A DNA stretch of 64,000 nt from positions 4,784 to 68,783 of IMG/VR virus record IMGVR_UViG_3300037882_001881; one strand, written 5' to 3'. Of this stretch, positions 1 to 9,900 are shown in pieces. Numbering within the stretch: position 1 is the stretch's first letter; the number at the start of each line of letters is the position of its first letter. Below the pieces are notes generated by a model. The model worked only from the letters and a program-made list of their open reading frames with translations. It had not been told where the DNA came from and made no database searches. The position numbers and the translations under genes were made by a program. This stretch comes from a virus.

Positions 1-152
1 ATATTGAGCCACACTTCTTTGCGATGGACCGCAACCCCTCGCGGTGCCTCGACCCCCAATCTCACCTTCCCGTTCCTGACCTCGATCACCGTGACCTCAA
101 CGTCGTCGCCGATCATCAGGGACTCATCCTTGATCCTCGTCAGTACCAGCAT
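1..152 (-). CDS. csrA: Carbon storage regulator CsrA/RsmA (3' end runs off window; absent from ORF track)
   Basis: Hand translation from ATG at 152: MLVLTRIKDESLMIGDDVEVTVIEVRNGKVRLGVEAPRGVAVHRKEVWLN, the classic CsrA signature; AAGGAG RBS upstream. Confidence 0.93.
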   Translation of the reverse strand, partial: MLVLTRIKDESLMIGDDVEVTVIEVRNGKVRLGVEAPRGVAVHRKEVWLN

Positions 153-522
153 CTTTCGGACTCCTTCCTGCGTTCATTCCCTGAGTCATCAGCCGCTCAA
201 GGTCAGCCTTAATGATTCGTCGATGCCCCCTCGCGGTGCGGAACGATCGAACTTTGCCGTCGTCAGCCATTCGGGTAATCGTCCTCGGCGAGACTCTCAG
301 CATTTCCGCCGCAACCGATGGCGGAACACCCTCAAGAGCCTCGTCTTCCGGAAACGTGGTGAGCTTCGCGACGTCCTTCGAGGAGTAACGCATCTGGCCG
401 CCTATCTTGACCCCGCGAATCACGCCGCTCTGGCTCAGATTGATCAGGGTCCAACGGCTCACGCCGATCACTCGGCAAACCTCTTTGGCTCTCATCAGGG
501 CTGGACCATCGACCGACATCAT
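124..522 (-). CDS. Excisionase/MerR-like DNA-binding protein with two tandem HTH_17-type domains
   Basis: LMRAKEVCRVIGVSRWTLINL...GVKIGGQMRYS and PSVAAEMLRVSPRTITRMADDGKVRSFRTARGHRRI; adjacent to att site. Confidence 0.8.
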   Translation of the reverse strand: MMSVDGPALMRAKEVCRVIGVSRWTLINLSQSGVIRGVKIGGQMRYSSKDVAKLTTFPEDEALEGVPPSVAAEMLRVSPRTITRMADDGKVRSFRTARGHRRIIKADLERLMTQGMNAGRSPKDAGTDEDQG

Positions 523-644
523 CGTTTCCCCGGAACACTTAACTGCGTGGCTCTCACGGGGACGATTTGTATTCGATCTTTTCCTTCTGTCGATACGACT
601 GTATTCGTTTTTGTGTGTATGCGGTTACACATCCACTCTCATCA

Positions 645-674
645 ACACAGAACCACACAGAACCACACAGAACC
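645..674 (+). repeat. Three tandem 10-bp repeats ACACAGAACC (candidate Xis/repressor binding sites)
   Basis: Perfect 3x10 bp, one helical turn period, between attP core and xis-like gene. Confidence 0.75.
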
Positions 675-717
675 ATCTTTTGGTCAATTTCAGAAAGATT
701 TTTGGAGTCCGTCTTTC

Positions 718-762
718 AACAAAAAAAGGGCGCGTTCCGTTGGCGTTGGAACGCAGCCCTTT
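718..762 (-). terminator. Intrinsic terminator downstream of int, across the att core
   Basis: AAAGGGCGCGTTCC...GGAACGCAGCCCTTT stem with A-run (U-tract on minus strand). Confidence 0.7.
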
Positions 763-763
763 A

Positions 764-952
764 TGAAACATTTCGTGAAACATTCACCTGAAACAGTCGA
801 TATCTCAGTCTCTCAGCACCATCTTTCACATCACTTTTCACACTATTTCTACATTTCGTCGGCCTCCGAAGCCGAAGGTTGTAGGTTCGATCCCTATCGA
901 GGATAATAAGTTGCGTCTAGCGACTATGTGAAACATGCCTGATTTTGTTTCA
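764..952. promoter_or_regulatory. Putative integrase arm-type sites TGAAACA
   Basis: TGAAACA at 764, 776, 789, 929 and inverted at 946, on both sides of the tRNA-derived core. Confidence 0.7.
859..905 (+). other. attP core: 3' half of tRNA-Arg(CCG)
   Basis: Anticodon arm TCGGC-CTCCGAA-GCCGA, T arm GTAGG-TTCGATC-CCTAT, acceptor 3' strand; no D arm or 5' half upstream; 45 bp from the int stop codon. Confidence 0.88.
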
Positions 953-2080
953 TAACTGCTTGGCAATCTCGACATTTTCGTCCCAAAACGAGTCCAAAAC
1001 GGATGACGCATTGTTGCCAATGTAGTATGTTCTCGTCGTCTCGCTCGATGAGTGCCGCATTAGCGCCCCTAGCTGCATCTCATTGATTCGGCGAGATGCC
1101 CACCGTAACCCGAAAGACCGTCGCAGATCATGAGCACTGGCATACTTCACCGTTCCATCGGGACGGCGATCCACAACCACGCCAGACAATTTCCCGATCC
1201 GGAATATAAGCTTCGACAACTGGTCGGTATTCAGGACGCAATCAACACGTGTCGAGAGAACCTGGAACACAGGGCCGGTTCGATTTTCCGCCGGGACGGA
1301 GCTGATCAACGCCCAGAACTCCGGAGCCATCGGAAACACCCTGGCCTGACCGGCCTTATCCATATCGTCAGGCATCACGAAGACCGGGTTCTTATACGTC
1401 GTCCAGTCCACATGGAACGCTTCCCGGTCATCCCAGCTCAGGGTGCATTCGCTGATCCGCAGTCCGCTCAGCCACAGACCGCACAGCAGACGCTTGCACG
1501 CCTTCGCCCTCTCTGGATGCTGTGTGTAGATTTGATCCGTCGCCTTCAGCATCAACTTGAACTCCGCTTCGGTCAGGGGCCGACCCTTGCTCTTCTTACG
1601 CAACCGAGGCATGTCGAAATCCACGGCGCTGCTCGTGAACCCAGCCTTGTTCGACCATCGCAGCAATCGCTTCGTCGCTCGCAGCAACTTGTGCTGCGTC
1701 GCCTTCCCCATCTCGTGCCGAAGAAACACGTCTCGCAGGGCTGCCAGCTTGTCCGGTCGGATAGCTTTGACGTCTTTGATATTCGCCTCCGCCAGCAGAT
1801 TGAAGACCTGCCGGTAGATGCACTGCGTGCTCGGCCTCATCTCACTCATCACCTGACGCTCGAACATCGACAGCATGGGCTTCAGGGGCGTCTCCGGGAG
1901 TTCCCTTGGCTCATTGCTCGTCTCGGTTCCATGCAGTCTCACAAACTCTTCTGCGGCTTCGTCGATGTTGCTCGCCAGGGGCAGACGCTTCACCTTCCGT
2001 TTGCCGTCCTTCCCCGTGAAACTGGCGACCCAACAACCCCTGGTCTGGTAGTAATAGACACTACTGCTTTTCTTCTTCAT
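950..2080 (-). CDS. int: Tyrosine recombinase / phage integrase
   Basis: SGLRISE (Arg I), AHDLRRSF (HxxR), LMRHSSSETTRTYY (His and catalytic Tyr); N-terminal arm-binding-like region. Confidence 0.96.
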   Translation of the reverse strand: MKKKSSSVYYYQTRGCWVASFTGKDGKRKVKRLPLASNIDEAAEEFVRLHGTETSNEPRELPETPLKPMLSMFERQVMSEMRPSTQCIYRQVFNLLAEANIKDVKAIRPDKLAALRDVFLRHEMGKATQHKLLRATKRLLRWSNKAGFTSSAVDFDMPRLRKKSKGRPLTEAEFKLMLKATDQIYTQHPERAKACKRLLCGLWLSGLRISECTLSWDDREAFHVDWTTYKNPVFVMPDDMDKAGQARVFPMAPEFWALISSVPAENRTGPVFQVLSTRVDCVLNTDQLSKLIFRIGKLSGVVVDRRPDGTVKYASAHDLRRSFGLRWASRRINEMQLGALMRHSSSETTRTYYIGNNASSVLDSFWDENVEIAKQL

Positions 2081-2091
2081 GGCTCAGCTCC

Positions 2092-2418
2092 CTATTTCCC
2101 TGGTTTGCGAGTTCGTTTCTTGGCACGACTCGGCAGAGGTTCTTTTGACTCGAAGACAGCCTTGATGTCGGCGACCCGGAACACCTCGCGGTGTGTTCCA
2201 CTATTCACAGGGGTCAAGCCGTGCGTCTTCTTCATTCCCAACAGCGTTCGACGATCCATCCCGAACCACGCATTCAGGGCGTCGGCTGTGGTGTACTCGC
2301 GGAATGCCTCCGCTGTGGCCTCAATCAATCGTTCCCTGCGTAATCGAGCGATCTCTGCTCGCAGGGCCAGTAACTCCGTGTTTTCGTCCTCAAACGACCC
2401 GTCATGGTTCGTCTTCAT
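2092..2418 (-). CDS. Small DNA-binding protein upstream of int (possible recombination directionality factor)
   Basis: Start likely MKTNHDG; HTH-like TADALNAWFGMDRRTL...EVFRVADI; co-oriented with int. Confidence 0.5.
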   Translation of the reverse strand: MKTNHDGSFEDENTELLALRAEIARLRRERLIEATAEAFREYTTADALNAWFGMDRRTLLGMKKTHGLTPVNSGTHREVFRVADIKAVFESKEPLPSRAKKRTRKPGK

Positions 2419-2703
2419 GTGTGCTCTTTCCTTCGTCCGTGGGGTAGAATTTGGCTCGACAATCGAGCCACTCAGGGGAGAAATCAATCAGGCTCTCAAC
2501 CCTGGCGGGAGGCGGACGCGGCAGCATGGCAATCATTAGAGTGCGCCTTTCGCATTACAGTGCGGGGGGCCAAGCGTGGCTTCGTGTTGGACGCACGGAG
2601 CGACGGCTCTGATGATTGCCATGTTGCCGTTTGATATGTAAGGTTTCAAGCGTGCGACGTGTTGAATTTTTGACAAATCAACAAAAAGAGAGGTAATTAC
2701 ATC

Positions 2704-2952
2704 ATGGTCCCTTTTCCTAACTTACCAAATGACTCTTATCTTGACGCTGACGGAATCCGCAAACATGCCGGGGAAGTCCTCGCTGGCGTGACTATCTCGG
2801 AATCCCTCTCAGAGACTCAGTCCGAAGAGCTGACCGACGCTATCGAGCGATGCCCGCTACTGGTCGCTGGCAGGGACGAACGCTACTTCGCAGGGTTCAA
2901 CGACGCGATCCAATTCGCCCTGGCTATCGTCGAGCGTTTCACCGGGGCGTAA
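2704..2952 (+). CDS. Hypothetical protein
   Basis: 82-aa ORF with GAGAGG RBS, TTGACA at 2670. Confidence 0.6.
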   Translation: MVPFPNLPNDSYLDADGIRKHAGEVLAGVTISESLSETQSEELTDAIERCPLLVAGRDERYFAGFNDAIQFALAIVERFTGA

Positions 2953-2954
2953 CG

Positions 2955-3161
2955 ATGTGGAAATCAATCGCGATCGCGCTGTGTTCCGCCGGGACAGGGT
3001 TCGGAGCGGGATGGTTCGCACACACTCCTGAGCCACCTGAAGACAGGTTTGAGATTGTGCAAATAGGGAGCAATCGCGGGTCATCCATGAAGATCAACAA
3101 ACGCACCGGAGAAACGTGGTATCTCGACGGCCAGAAATTAGAGTGGAAGCGTGCGTACTGA
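2955..3161 (+). CDS. Small exported/membrane protein (moron-like)
   Basis: MWKSIAIALCSAGTGFGAGWFAH signal/TM segment followed by KINKRTGETWYL. Confidence 0.6.
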   Translation: MWKSIAIALCSAGTGFGAGWFAHTPEPPEDRFEIVQIGSNRGSSMKINKRTGETWYLDGQKLEWKRAY

Positions 3162-3617
3162 CCGCTCTCTGCGCGCAACATGCCCCATGCGTACAAGACC
3201 CTCCCTAGGCGGGTATCCTCTCCCCCATTCTTCACCACCCCGAATGCTCCGGCCCTGTCCCCTGCGCGCAAGTAGCGACATCAGCGAGTCAAGTAGTAGC
3301 AGTCATTCGGTAACGGAGCCAGAACGTGCGGAGCCGGACCACACAGCCGAGATTGAACAGGGTCAGTCTCGACTGGCCACGGCGATTATTGACGCTGCCT
3401 ACCTACGGCGTACCGTCCCCAAACAGCCCACGGAACCACCCCGCTCGACCGTCCAGCGTCTCATACCCTGCGCCTCAGCGTTTTAATCGAACGTCTCAGG
3501 GCCGACGCTCACGCCTATTGGGAGTCTGCACTCCCAAGTCCAGTGTCGAGAATCGAACTCGACTCACCCCTCCAGGGACCAGAGTCTGTTACACCGTCCC
3601 GCCGGAACGCGGTATAT

Positions 3618-3968
3618 CTACTCGCTCGGCCCGATGACCCTCTGCCATTTGGCTGATTCGTAATAGTTCACACTGGGCCCATCAGTGCACGCTAATCCCG
3701 CGCCTGGAATAGCAAAAAGCTTGATGCAATCCGGTTCGTCGTCTTTTGTCATCAGCATCCACCACCAACCCGGCCCGTCCGGCGCGTCGAGCCACTCCTC
3801 TGTAACCGGCCTCTCCCTCTCCGCAATCTCGGCCTCGGCGGCCATCACGGCTTGCCTGCACTCCGCTGTCGCCTGAGATTCCTCCCATGCTTCATCGTCC
3901 CCGACAGTGTTTTCATTGATCAGCGCTATCGCGGCATTTAGCAACCGCTCATTCACTGGTTGATTCAC
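3618..3968 (-). CDS. Hypothetical phage protein
   Basis: GTG start overlapping upstream stop (GTGA); PDGPGWWW motif; shares segments with upstream ORF. Confidence 0.6.
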   Translation of the reverse strand: MNQPVNERLLNAAIALINENTVGDDEAWEESQATAECRQAVMAAEAEIAERERPVTEEWLDAPDGPGWWWMLMTKDDEPDCIKLFAIPGAGLACTDGPSVNYYESAKWQRVIGPSE

Positions 3969-4273
3969 GTTGCACCTCCCAGAATTCGCAGCAGTTCGAG
4001 CACGTCGCCGCGTTTTTTCAATTTCTTGAAGTTGTTGTGAAATGCAATCCACTCTCCATATTCTTCAACTGGACGTTCCCAGAACCCGTAAGACCCGTCG
4101 TTGCTGTAGACGAGAAGAACGTCGCCGTCTGGCCATATTTCCCTGTCGTCGAACACCAGAAGAGCAAGCTGAGAATCCTCAGACGCCGGAAGGAAAGTGG
4201 CCTTGAACCCCACCGACTGCAACCACTCCTCTGTAACCGGCCTCTCCCTCTCCGCAATCTCGGCCTCGGCGGC
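3792..4273. repeat. 51-bp perfect direct repeat (3792-3842 and 4223-4273) shared by two adjacent ORFs
   Basis: CCACTCCTCTGTAACCGGCCTCTCCCTCTCCGCAATCTCGGCCTCGGCGGC twice; encodes AAEAEIAERERPVTEEW. Confidence 0.9.
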
Positions 4274-4564
4274 GGTGATTGAATTCGATAGCTCATCTTG
4301 GACATCGAAATCAGCAGAACGCGACAAACTGCGGTACCTCTTCGCCGCGTTCAGCAGCCGCTCATTCACCGGCTGCGACTGCTGCTCACAGAATGCGTCT
4401 GCGAGAATAAGACAATCAGCAGCGTGCATCCCTTCAGCGATAAGCAAGTGTTCAAATTCCGCAAACACACCATCCGGTCGCTTATAAATCGTCGTCAGCA
4501 ATTCACCTATTGTCGCCTTGAGATGACGCTTCCTTGCCGCTTCAATTTCCCGCATCGCCGCCAT
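3965..4564 (-). CDS. Hypothetical phage protein
   Basis: Start MAAMREIE coupled to upstream stop; GGAG-type RBS for next gene at its end. Confidence 0.6.
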   Translation of the reverse strand: MAAMREIEAARKRHLKATIGELLTTIYKRPDGVFAEFEHLLIAEGMHAADCLILADAFCEQQSQPVNERLLNAAKRYRSLSRSADFDVQDELSNSITAAEAEIAERERPVTEEWLQSVGFKATFLPASEDSQLALLVFDDREIWPDGDVLLVYSNDGSYGFWERPVEEYGEWIAFHNNFKKLKKRGDVLELLRILGGAT

Positions 4565-5094
4565 TACACACCGCCTTTCTTTCGTGTTCGGTAAAGCTCG
4601 TAAATTGCTGACGCAACTCCAGAGCCGTGTGACGTCATTTTTCCAATGATTGACCAACAGCACGTAGAGCCACCGCGACTGACGACATACTCTGCGTAGT
4701 CACAGATTGACCTCATTATTTCAGGGAGATTAGTTAGCGTGTCGCGGAACGACTCCTTGTCTCCGTGAAGGTCACTCAGGACTTTTTCGAGTAATTCAGG
4801 GTCGCATCCATTCGATTGCTGCTTCTCCATCTCCGCGACTTTCGCCCGCAACCGCTCGAATTCTGCATGGTACTCAGGCCCGCAGAACTCGACGCCCTCA
4901 TGGATCGCGACGGGGAGCGGTTGCAGGTCGCAGTCGTCGTCCTCGCGACACTCTCCATCCAATGTGTACGTGTCTCCATAGTTATCAATAACCGGAAACC
5001 CTGGTCGCTTCCCCGTCGCACAGACAATCTCAACTTCTTTTCCGCAACTCAAAAACTTCTGGCCAACCTCGATCGGCAGTTTGATCTCGCTCAC
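4564..5094 (-). CDS. Hypothetical phage protein
   Basis: GTG start overlapping TGA at 5091; AAGGAG RBS. Confidence 0.6.
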   Translation of the reverse strand: MSEIKLPIEVGQKFLSCGKEVEIVCATGKRPGFPVIDNYGDTYTLDGECREDDDCDLQPLPVAIHEGVEFCGPEYHAEFERLRAKVAEMEKQQSNGCDPELLEKVLSDLHGDKESFRDTLTNLPEIMRSICDYAEYVVSRGGSTCCWSIIGKMTSHGSGVASAIYELYRTRKKGGV

Positions 5095-6098
5095 AGGGTC
5101 TCTCCTTTCAGGGTCCAAATCCCGTCGCTCTCTTGGAATAGGTCCGAGTGCTTCTTCAGGCAACGTCGCACGACATCACGCTTGATGTTCAGCTTGATTG
5201 CGAGTTCTCCCGCACTCCATCCTCGCTGGCGAGCAATTCCTTGATCCGCAGGGCCAGTACGCTCCGTTTTCCCTTTGGGATTATCGCGTACTTGCTGATT
5301 CTTCTTTTCAGCATCCGTTCGGTAATCCCCAGCAAGCTCGCGGTACGGGCCTTGTGGTAGTGGCATTCTGACAGGGCTTGCGAGATGCGATCTCGCTCCA
5401 CTTCGGCCAGAGTTCGTGTCTTTGTCGGTGGGCTTTCCTTCACGTTCGCACCTCGCTCGCATTCGTTTCAGAATAGAGGAATGAATCTGACTCACCCGTG
5501 ACTCCGACAGACCCAGGCGAGCACCAATCACGCTCATTGTCAGGGACGACACGTAGTACAGTTGGATGATTTGCCTCTCGTCACCAGAGAGACCCTTCAT
5601 CAACTCTTCCATGACCTCGGTCGTTCTTATTGAACGCTCTTGCGCTGCGAATGATCCGTCCGTCAGATCGTCCTTAAGCTCGGTGTCGTCTACTCCGTCA
5701 TCGAATCGCTTCGTGTACTCCAGGGAATAAACCCTGGCAGGGATCACCTCTCCGCTCTTTTCTCGGCGTCGCTCCAGGCGTGGAACCCAATCCCACTCGC
5801 GAATTCCGTCCAGAATCGCACCGAACAAGCGAGTTTGAGCGATCGACGTGAACGCGACTTTCCTAGCAGGGTCGAACCGCTGGACCATGTCGATCAACGA
5901 CACGGCGGCATTTTCCTCCAGGTCGTCGAGTGCCGTTCCGACATCCACGACCAATTTCTTCTTGGCTCGATAGGCGATCTCCCTGGCAAACGGCCAGTAG
6001 TGTTCCACGAGCCGATTCCGATTTACCTCAGAGCGATCCGAGAAGTACGCCGCCCACAAGGGCTTCGCCTGCTCGTTCAACAGTGCATACTTTGTCAT
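5091..6098 (-). CDS. FliA/WhiG-family (sigma-28-like) RNA polymerase sigma factor with long C-terminal extension
   Basis: RNRLVEHY, FDPARKVAFTS..RLFGAILDGIREWDWVPR (region 2), IIQLYYVSSLTMSVIGARLGLSESRVSQIH (region 4). Confidence 0.9.
   Translation of the reverse strand: MTKYALLNEQAKPLWAAYFSDRSEVNRNRLVEHYWPFAREIAYRAKKKLVVDVGTALDDLEENAAVSLIDMVQRFDPARKVAFTSIAQTRLFGAILDGIREWDWVPRLERRREKSGEVIPARVYSLEYTKRFDDGVDDTELKDDLTDGSFAAQERSIRTTEVMEELMKGLSGDERQIIQLYYVSSLTMSVIGARLGLSESRVSQIHSSILKRMRARCEREGKPTDKDTNSGRSGARSHLASPVRMPLPQGPYRELAGDYRTDAEKKNQQVRDNPKGKTERTGPADQGIARQRGWSAGELAIKLNIKRDVVRRCLKKHSDLFQESDGIWTLKGETL
5189..5443 (-). CDS. Fis-family HTH protein nested in another frame within the sigma ORF extension
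   Basis: TLAEVERDRISQALSECHYHKARTASLLGITERMLKRRISKY matches the HTH_8 pattern; GAGGT RBS before GTG. Confidence 0.8.
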   Translation of the reverse strand: MKESPPTKTRTLAEVERDRISQALSECHYHKARTASLLGITERMLKRRISKYAIIPKGKRSVLALRIKELLASEDGVRENSQSS

Positions 6099-6210
6099 TC
6101 TTGCGCCCTCCATCAAGGGACTATTTACAGGGATGGCCCACAAGTCAAACTCCACTAGTTCACTGTGTCCAAGTTGTCCAAATTTCGACAGTTATTACAG
6201 AGGCGTCAGC

Positions 6211-6906
6211 ATGGAAACTCCCACGAATCTCAAGAAGCGGCTCAACACTGAGGGTCGCTGGGCCGAGGCTTCATTAGCCTTCAACGAGATATTCGCCGAG
6301 AAGAAACAGACCATGCGTGCCGCAGTAGCCCGGCAGGCAACGTGGATCGAGCTAGGCATCCGTTTCCCGCCGCTGCTCGGCCCTGTCGGAGAACGCAAGG
6401 CTGCTCAATTCGCCGCTCGTAAACAGAAGGAGGAAAGACTGATTGCCACCCTCCCTGGTCGTGCCCCATTTCCTCCGGAACGCCCTTCCTTCCCTGCCGC
6501 AGAAACCGACTTCGAGATGCCGACTGATGACGAACCTGCTGACGACGCCTCCGCATCACTGCCAACGGGCCTCCCTGTCGGTGACTCGAACTTCGACCGG
6601 GACTTCGAGTGGGCCTACAACAACCTTGGTGCGGAGCTGGAACCATCCGCCGCACCATCTGGAGCCGCTTGGCTGCTCCGTGAAATCGGTCGCTCCCCGA
6701 AGGGCCGGGACAAATTCGTCGCAATGGCGCAGAAAACCCTATCCAAGAAGAACGACACCGAGAACGAGAAGAAGAACCGCGAAGATCGCTCTCGGCAATT
6801 CGCCCTACTCGATTCGATCAAACGCAGCTTCGCAGGGCTGGAAGAACCTCGGCAGCGCAAACCTAAAGCGACTCAATCCGCCGTCGCAGAGTCTTGTACC
6901 CCTTGA
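6211..6906 (+). CDS. Hypothetical protein, possible terminase small subunit
   Basis: GAGG RBS; divergent from sigma; helical, basic C-terminus; same strand as TerL. The TerS assignment is only a guess. Confidence 0.45.
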   Translation: METPTNLKKRLNTEGRWAEASLAFNEIFAEKKQTMRAAVARQATWIELGIRFPPLLGPVGERKAAQFAARKQKEERLIATLPGRAPFPPERPSFPAAETDFEMPTDDEPADDASASLPTGLPVGDSNFDRDFEWAYNNLGAELEPSAAPSGAAWLLREIGRSPKGRDKFVAMAQKTLSKKNDTENEKKNREDRSRQFALLDSIKRSFAGLEEPRQRKPKATQSAVAESCTP

Positions 6907-9900
6907 GCGGCCTATTGAAATCCAGAGTCCCGTCGTCTCGTCGTTCGTACTTCCGCACCGTGCTCGGCGGCGTCCGACCAGGGTGCCGCCGGACATAGTC
7001 GGCCTGCTGCTCTCGCAGGGTCATTTCATCCAAGTCCCGGAGCATCTCTTGCTTCTGAGACGGGCTGATCGACCCCGGAAACTTCGGGAGACGATCCAAC
7101 GCATCGAAGAACCCATCGCTCGCTGCGTTTCCGTGCTTCTCCTTGTATGCCTCACGGAACGATCGAACCATGTCCTCGCGTGTCTTAAATCGCTTCCTAA
7201 GCTGATCCCTGGCCGATTCCACCGTGACATCGCCACCCTTCGCTGCATCGACGGCATCCTGAGCTTTACGCAGGGCGTTTTCGGCGTCCCTGCGGGCTTG
7301 TGGCGTTCGAGCATCTCGCAACGCCTTCTTCGCCTGATCGACCCCGACTCGAAGGAACTCCGGCGTCGTGTAGCCCTTCATGACACCGCTCGTCGCCTTC
7401 GTCCTGTCTTCGTAAGACATCGCTCCGGCGGCTTTCAGGGCGATACTCTTCAGGGAGTCTTGTTCGCTGCCACCGTAGGTATTCAGTCCCGCACCGAAGA
7501 ACGCCGCCGTTGCTGCCACGAGACCCTGCGGATAACCAAGCTCCTGAACCGCCTCGACCATGTCCGCATACGCCATCGGGCTGTTTTCCGTGGCGATGTT
7601 CTGGAGTCCTTCCGTCGTCGTTGGATCGTATTCGCTCAGCTCCCTCGGTCGTTCCCCGATGACATCCTCTTTGAAGATGAACCGATTTAGCAGGGATGAC
7701 ATCGTCGGGTGCAAGCGAGACCTCACGAAGTTCAGAATGAGCTTCGCCTCGTCCGTCCCACCGAACGTCGATCCCAACGACGACACAACCCCGTCCTGAG
7801 CCTTCTCGTGCGACAGCAACCTCGTCAGCAACACGAGTATCTGCGACTCGCCGCCGAGCATGTCGATCCGAGTCCCCTTCGACTTCAGCTTCCCGAAGTC
7901 CGACGACCGTGTGTCGAGTTCCTGCGTGACCTCTTCGTCGTCATCACCGAGTGCCGCCAGGGCAAATCGCATCATCTGTGATAGCAAATACAACCCCGCC
8001 GCCGATTGAATGTACTCACGTCCGATCGCCAAGCGAGTCTTAGCGGTCCCTGACCACAACGGACGACCGACAGCCAGCTCGATGCGGCTCATCGTGAACA
8101 GGGACGAATAGACCACCTTGTTGAGAACCTTCGCGACACCCGGATCGACGTTGCCGTGCCCTGTGAACACACCCGCCGCATTCGCCAACACCTTGACTTC
8201 CGCAGGCGATACTTTCCCCGGAACAGCCCCGATCGTGGACAACATGGAGTCCATCATGTCGGCCCTGGCGAGATTCAGGAACGCCTCTCCCGACGCCCCG
8301 AATCGCTTGACAATACTGCCGAGGACCGGAATCCGCTTGGCCCACTCGCCAATCATGATCTCCTCTTGCGCCGTCCTCTGATTCAGCTTCGTCGCAAACG
8401 GTATGTCCTTGTAGAACCCTGCTTTTGCATTGGGGCGATCCAGAATCGACTGATTGATCTTGGACAGGGCTTCATTCGCGTTCCGCTGGAAAAGCACCGA
8501 CACCGACTGTGCGATAGCGTTCGCCGCTCGCATCCAGTGACCCGACACGTACATCATGCCCTGCCGTCCGAACGGCGACATTTCGCCCGTCGAAACGATG
8601 TCCCTCCGGAAATCCCAGGCGTTACCGGCGAAGTCCTTGAACTTCTCCGCCGTCGTCCGGTTAGCGATCCGCCATCGCTCCTGCTCGTTGGCAAACGCCT
8701 CTTTCGCCTTTTCGATCTCGTATTGCAGGGACGCAGCCTTGTCGGTCAGCTTGCGTGGCTCCTTCGGTGGCTTGGGTCCGAAATCGCCCTGACTCATCCG
8801 CTCCTGCCAGAACCGCAACCGAGCGGCCAGGGATCGTTCATACGCCGCCATCTGACGCTGCTCTTGCTCGCCAGACATCACCCGCAGCTCATTCCGTCGA
8901 GCGACCAGTTCGTCCCTGCGAGCCATCTTCAGGGCAATGGCAGGGTTCGATATCGGGAGCTTCGGCTGCTTCGGGGGCGGATACAGAATTCCCTTCGGGA
9001 TATCGTCTTCCAACTGAGCGATCTGGCGGTCCAGGGCACGTTCCAACGCTGCCGCTCGCTGCTCGTCGGACAGTTCCTTCTTGCCGAAGATTTCGTCGTA
9101 TTTCTTCTTCCATTCGTCTCGTTCTTTCCGAAGATCGTCCAACTGAGAGTCAGTCCGCTGAGCGGTCTTCGAGTGAACGATCGGCTCCCTCTTCCTGACC
9201 GCTTCTGAAAGATCGTCGATACGGTTACGCATCGCGATCTTCGCTGAATCCAACGCAGACTTCAGTTGAGTCTTCTCGTCAGCCTCCGTCTCTTCGATTT
9301 TCGCATTCTTCCTCGCCTCCGCTTTGATGCGTCGCAGCTTGCGTTGCTCTTCGCTGCTGGGACGTGACTCTTGGATCGCATTCGGTCGCTGGTTGTTCCG
9401 CCAGGACTTGATGTCTTCGAGGATTTGTAGTTGCGCCCTGTGCTCGGCCCTGATCTCTTCCTCGGACAGTCTTCGAGTCGGTTCATCCTTCCCGGACAGG
9501 ATTCGACCCGTCTGCTCCAGGGTCAGTTCGGGCATCGCCTCGTGCAACAACTCATGCACCCCGGCGACCGCCTTGCCCCGATCCTCGGCACTCTTACCGA
9601 GTCCGTCACGTTCGATCACAAACTGGTGCAGACGCTTGGCGACAGTGCCGATCGACGATGGATTCTCAGGGTCGATTTGATCCCTGATATCACCGACACC
9701 GTTCTCGGCGATATGCTGATCCCACACCTTCTTGAAGTCACCCCGCATCGACTCCGCTTCATCACCAACTCGCTTGGTGAACCGCTTCATCGCATCGACG
9801 AACGAGAACACGCCCAGCTCGGTATAACCACGAGCGATCTCGGTCAGGGCCAGGGTTAAATCGCCCGCTGCCGTCTCGATTGAGTAGACCTTCCCTTTCA

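Noticed and set aside
859-905. Intact tRNA-Arg gene
   Set aside because: 5' acceptor strand and D arm are absent; interpreted as att core.
4-2539. Long plus-strand ORFs 4-906 and 1130-2539
   Set aside because: Antisense shadows of csrA, xis-like and int; no recognisable motifs.
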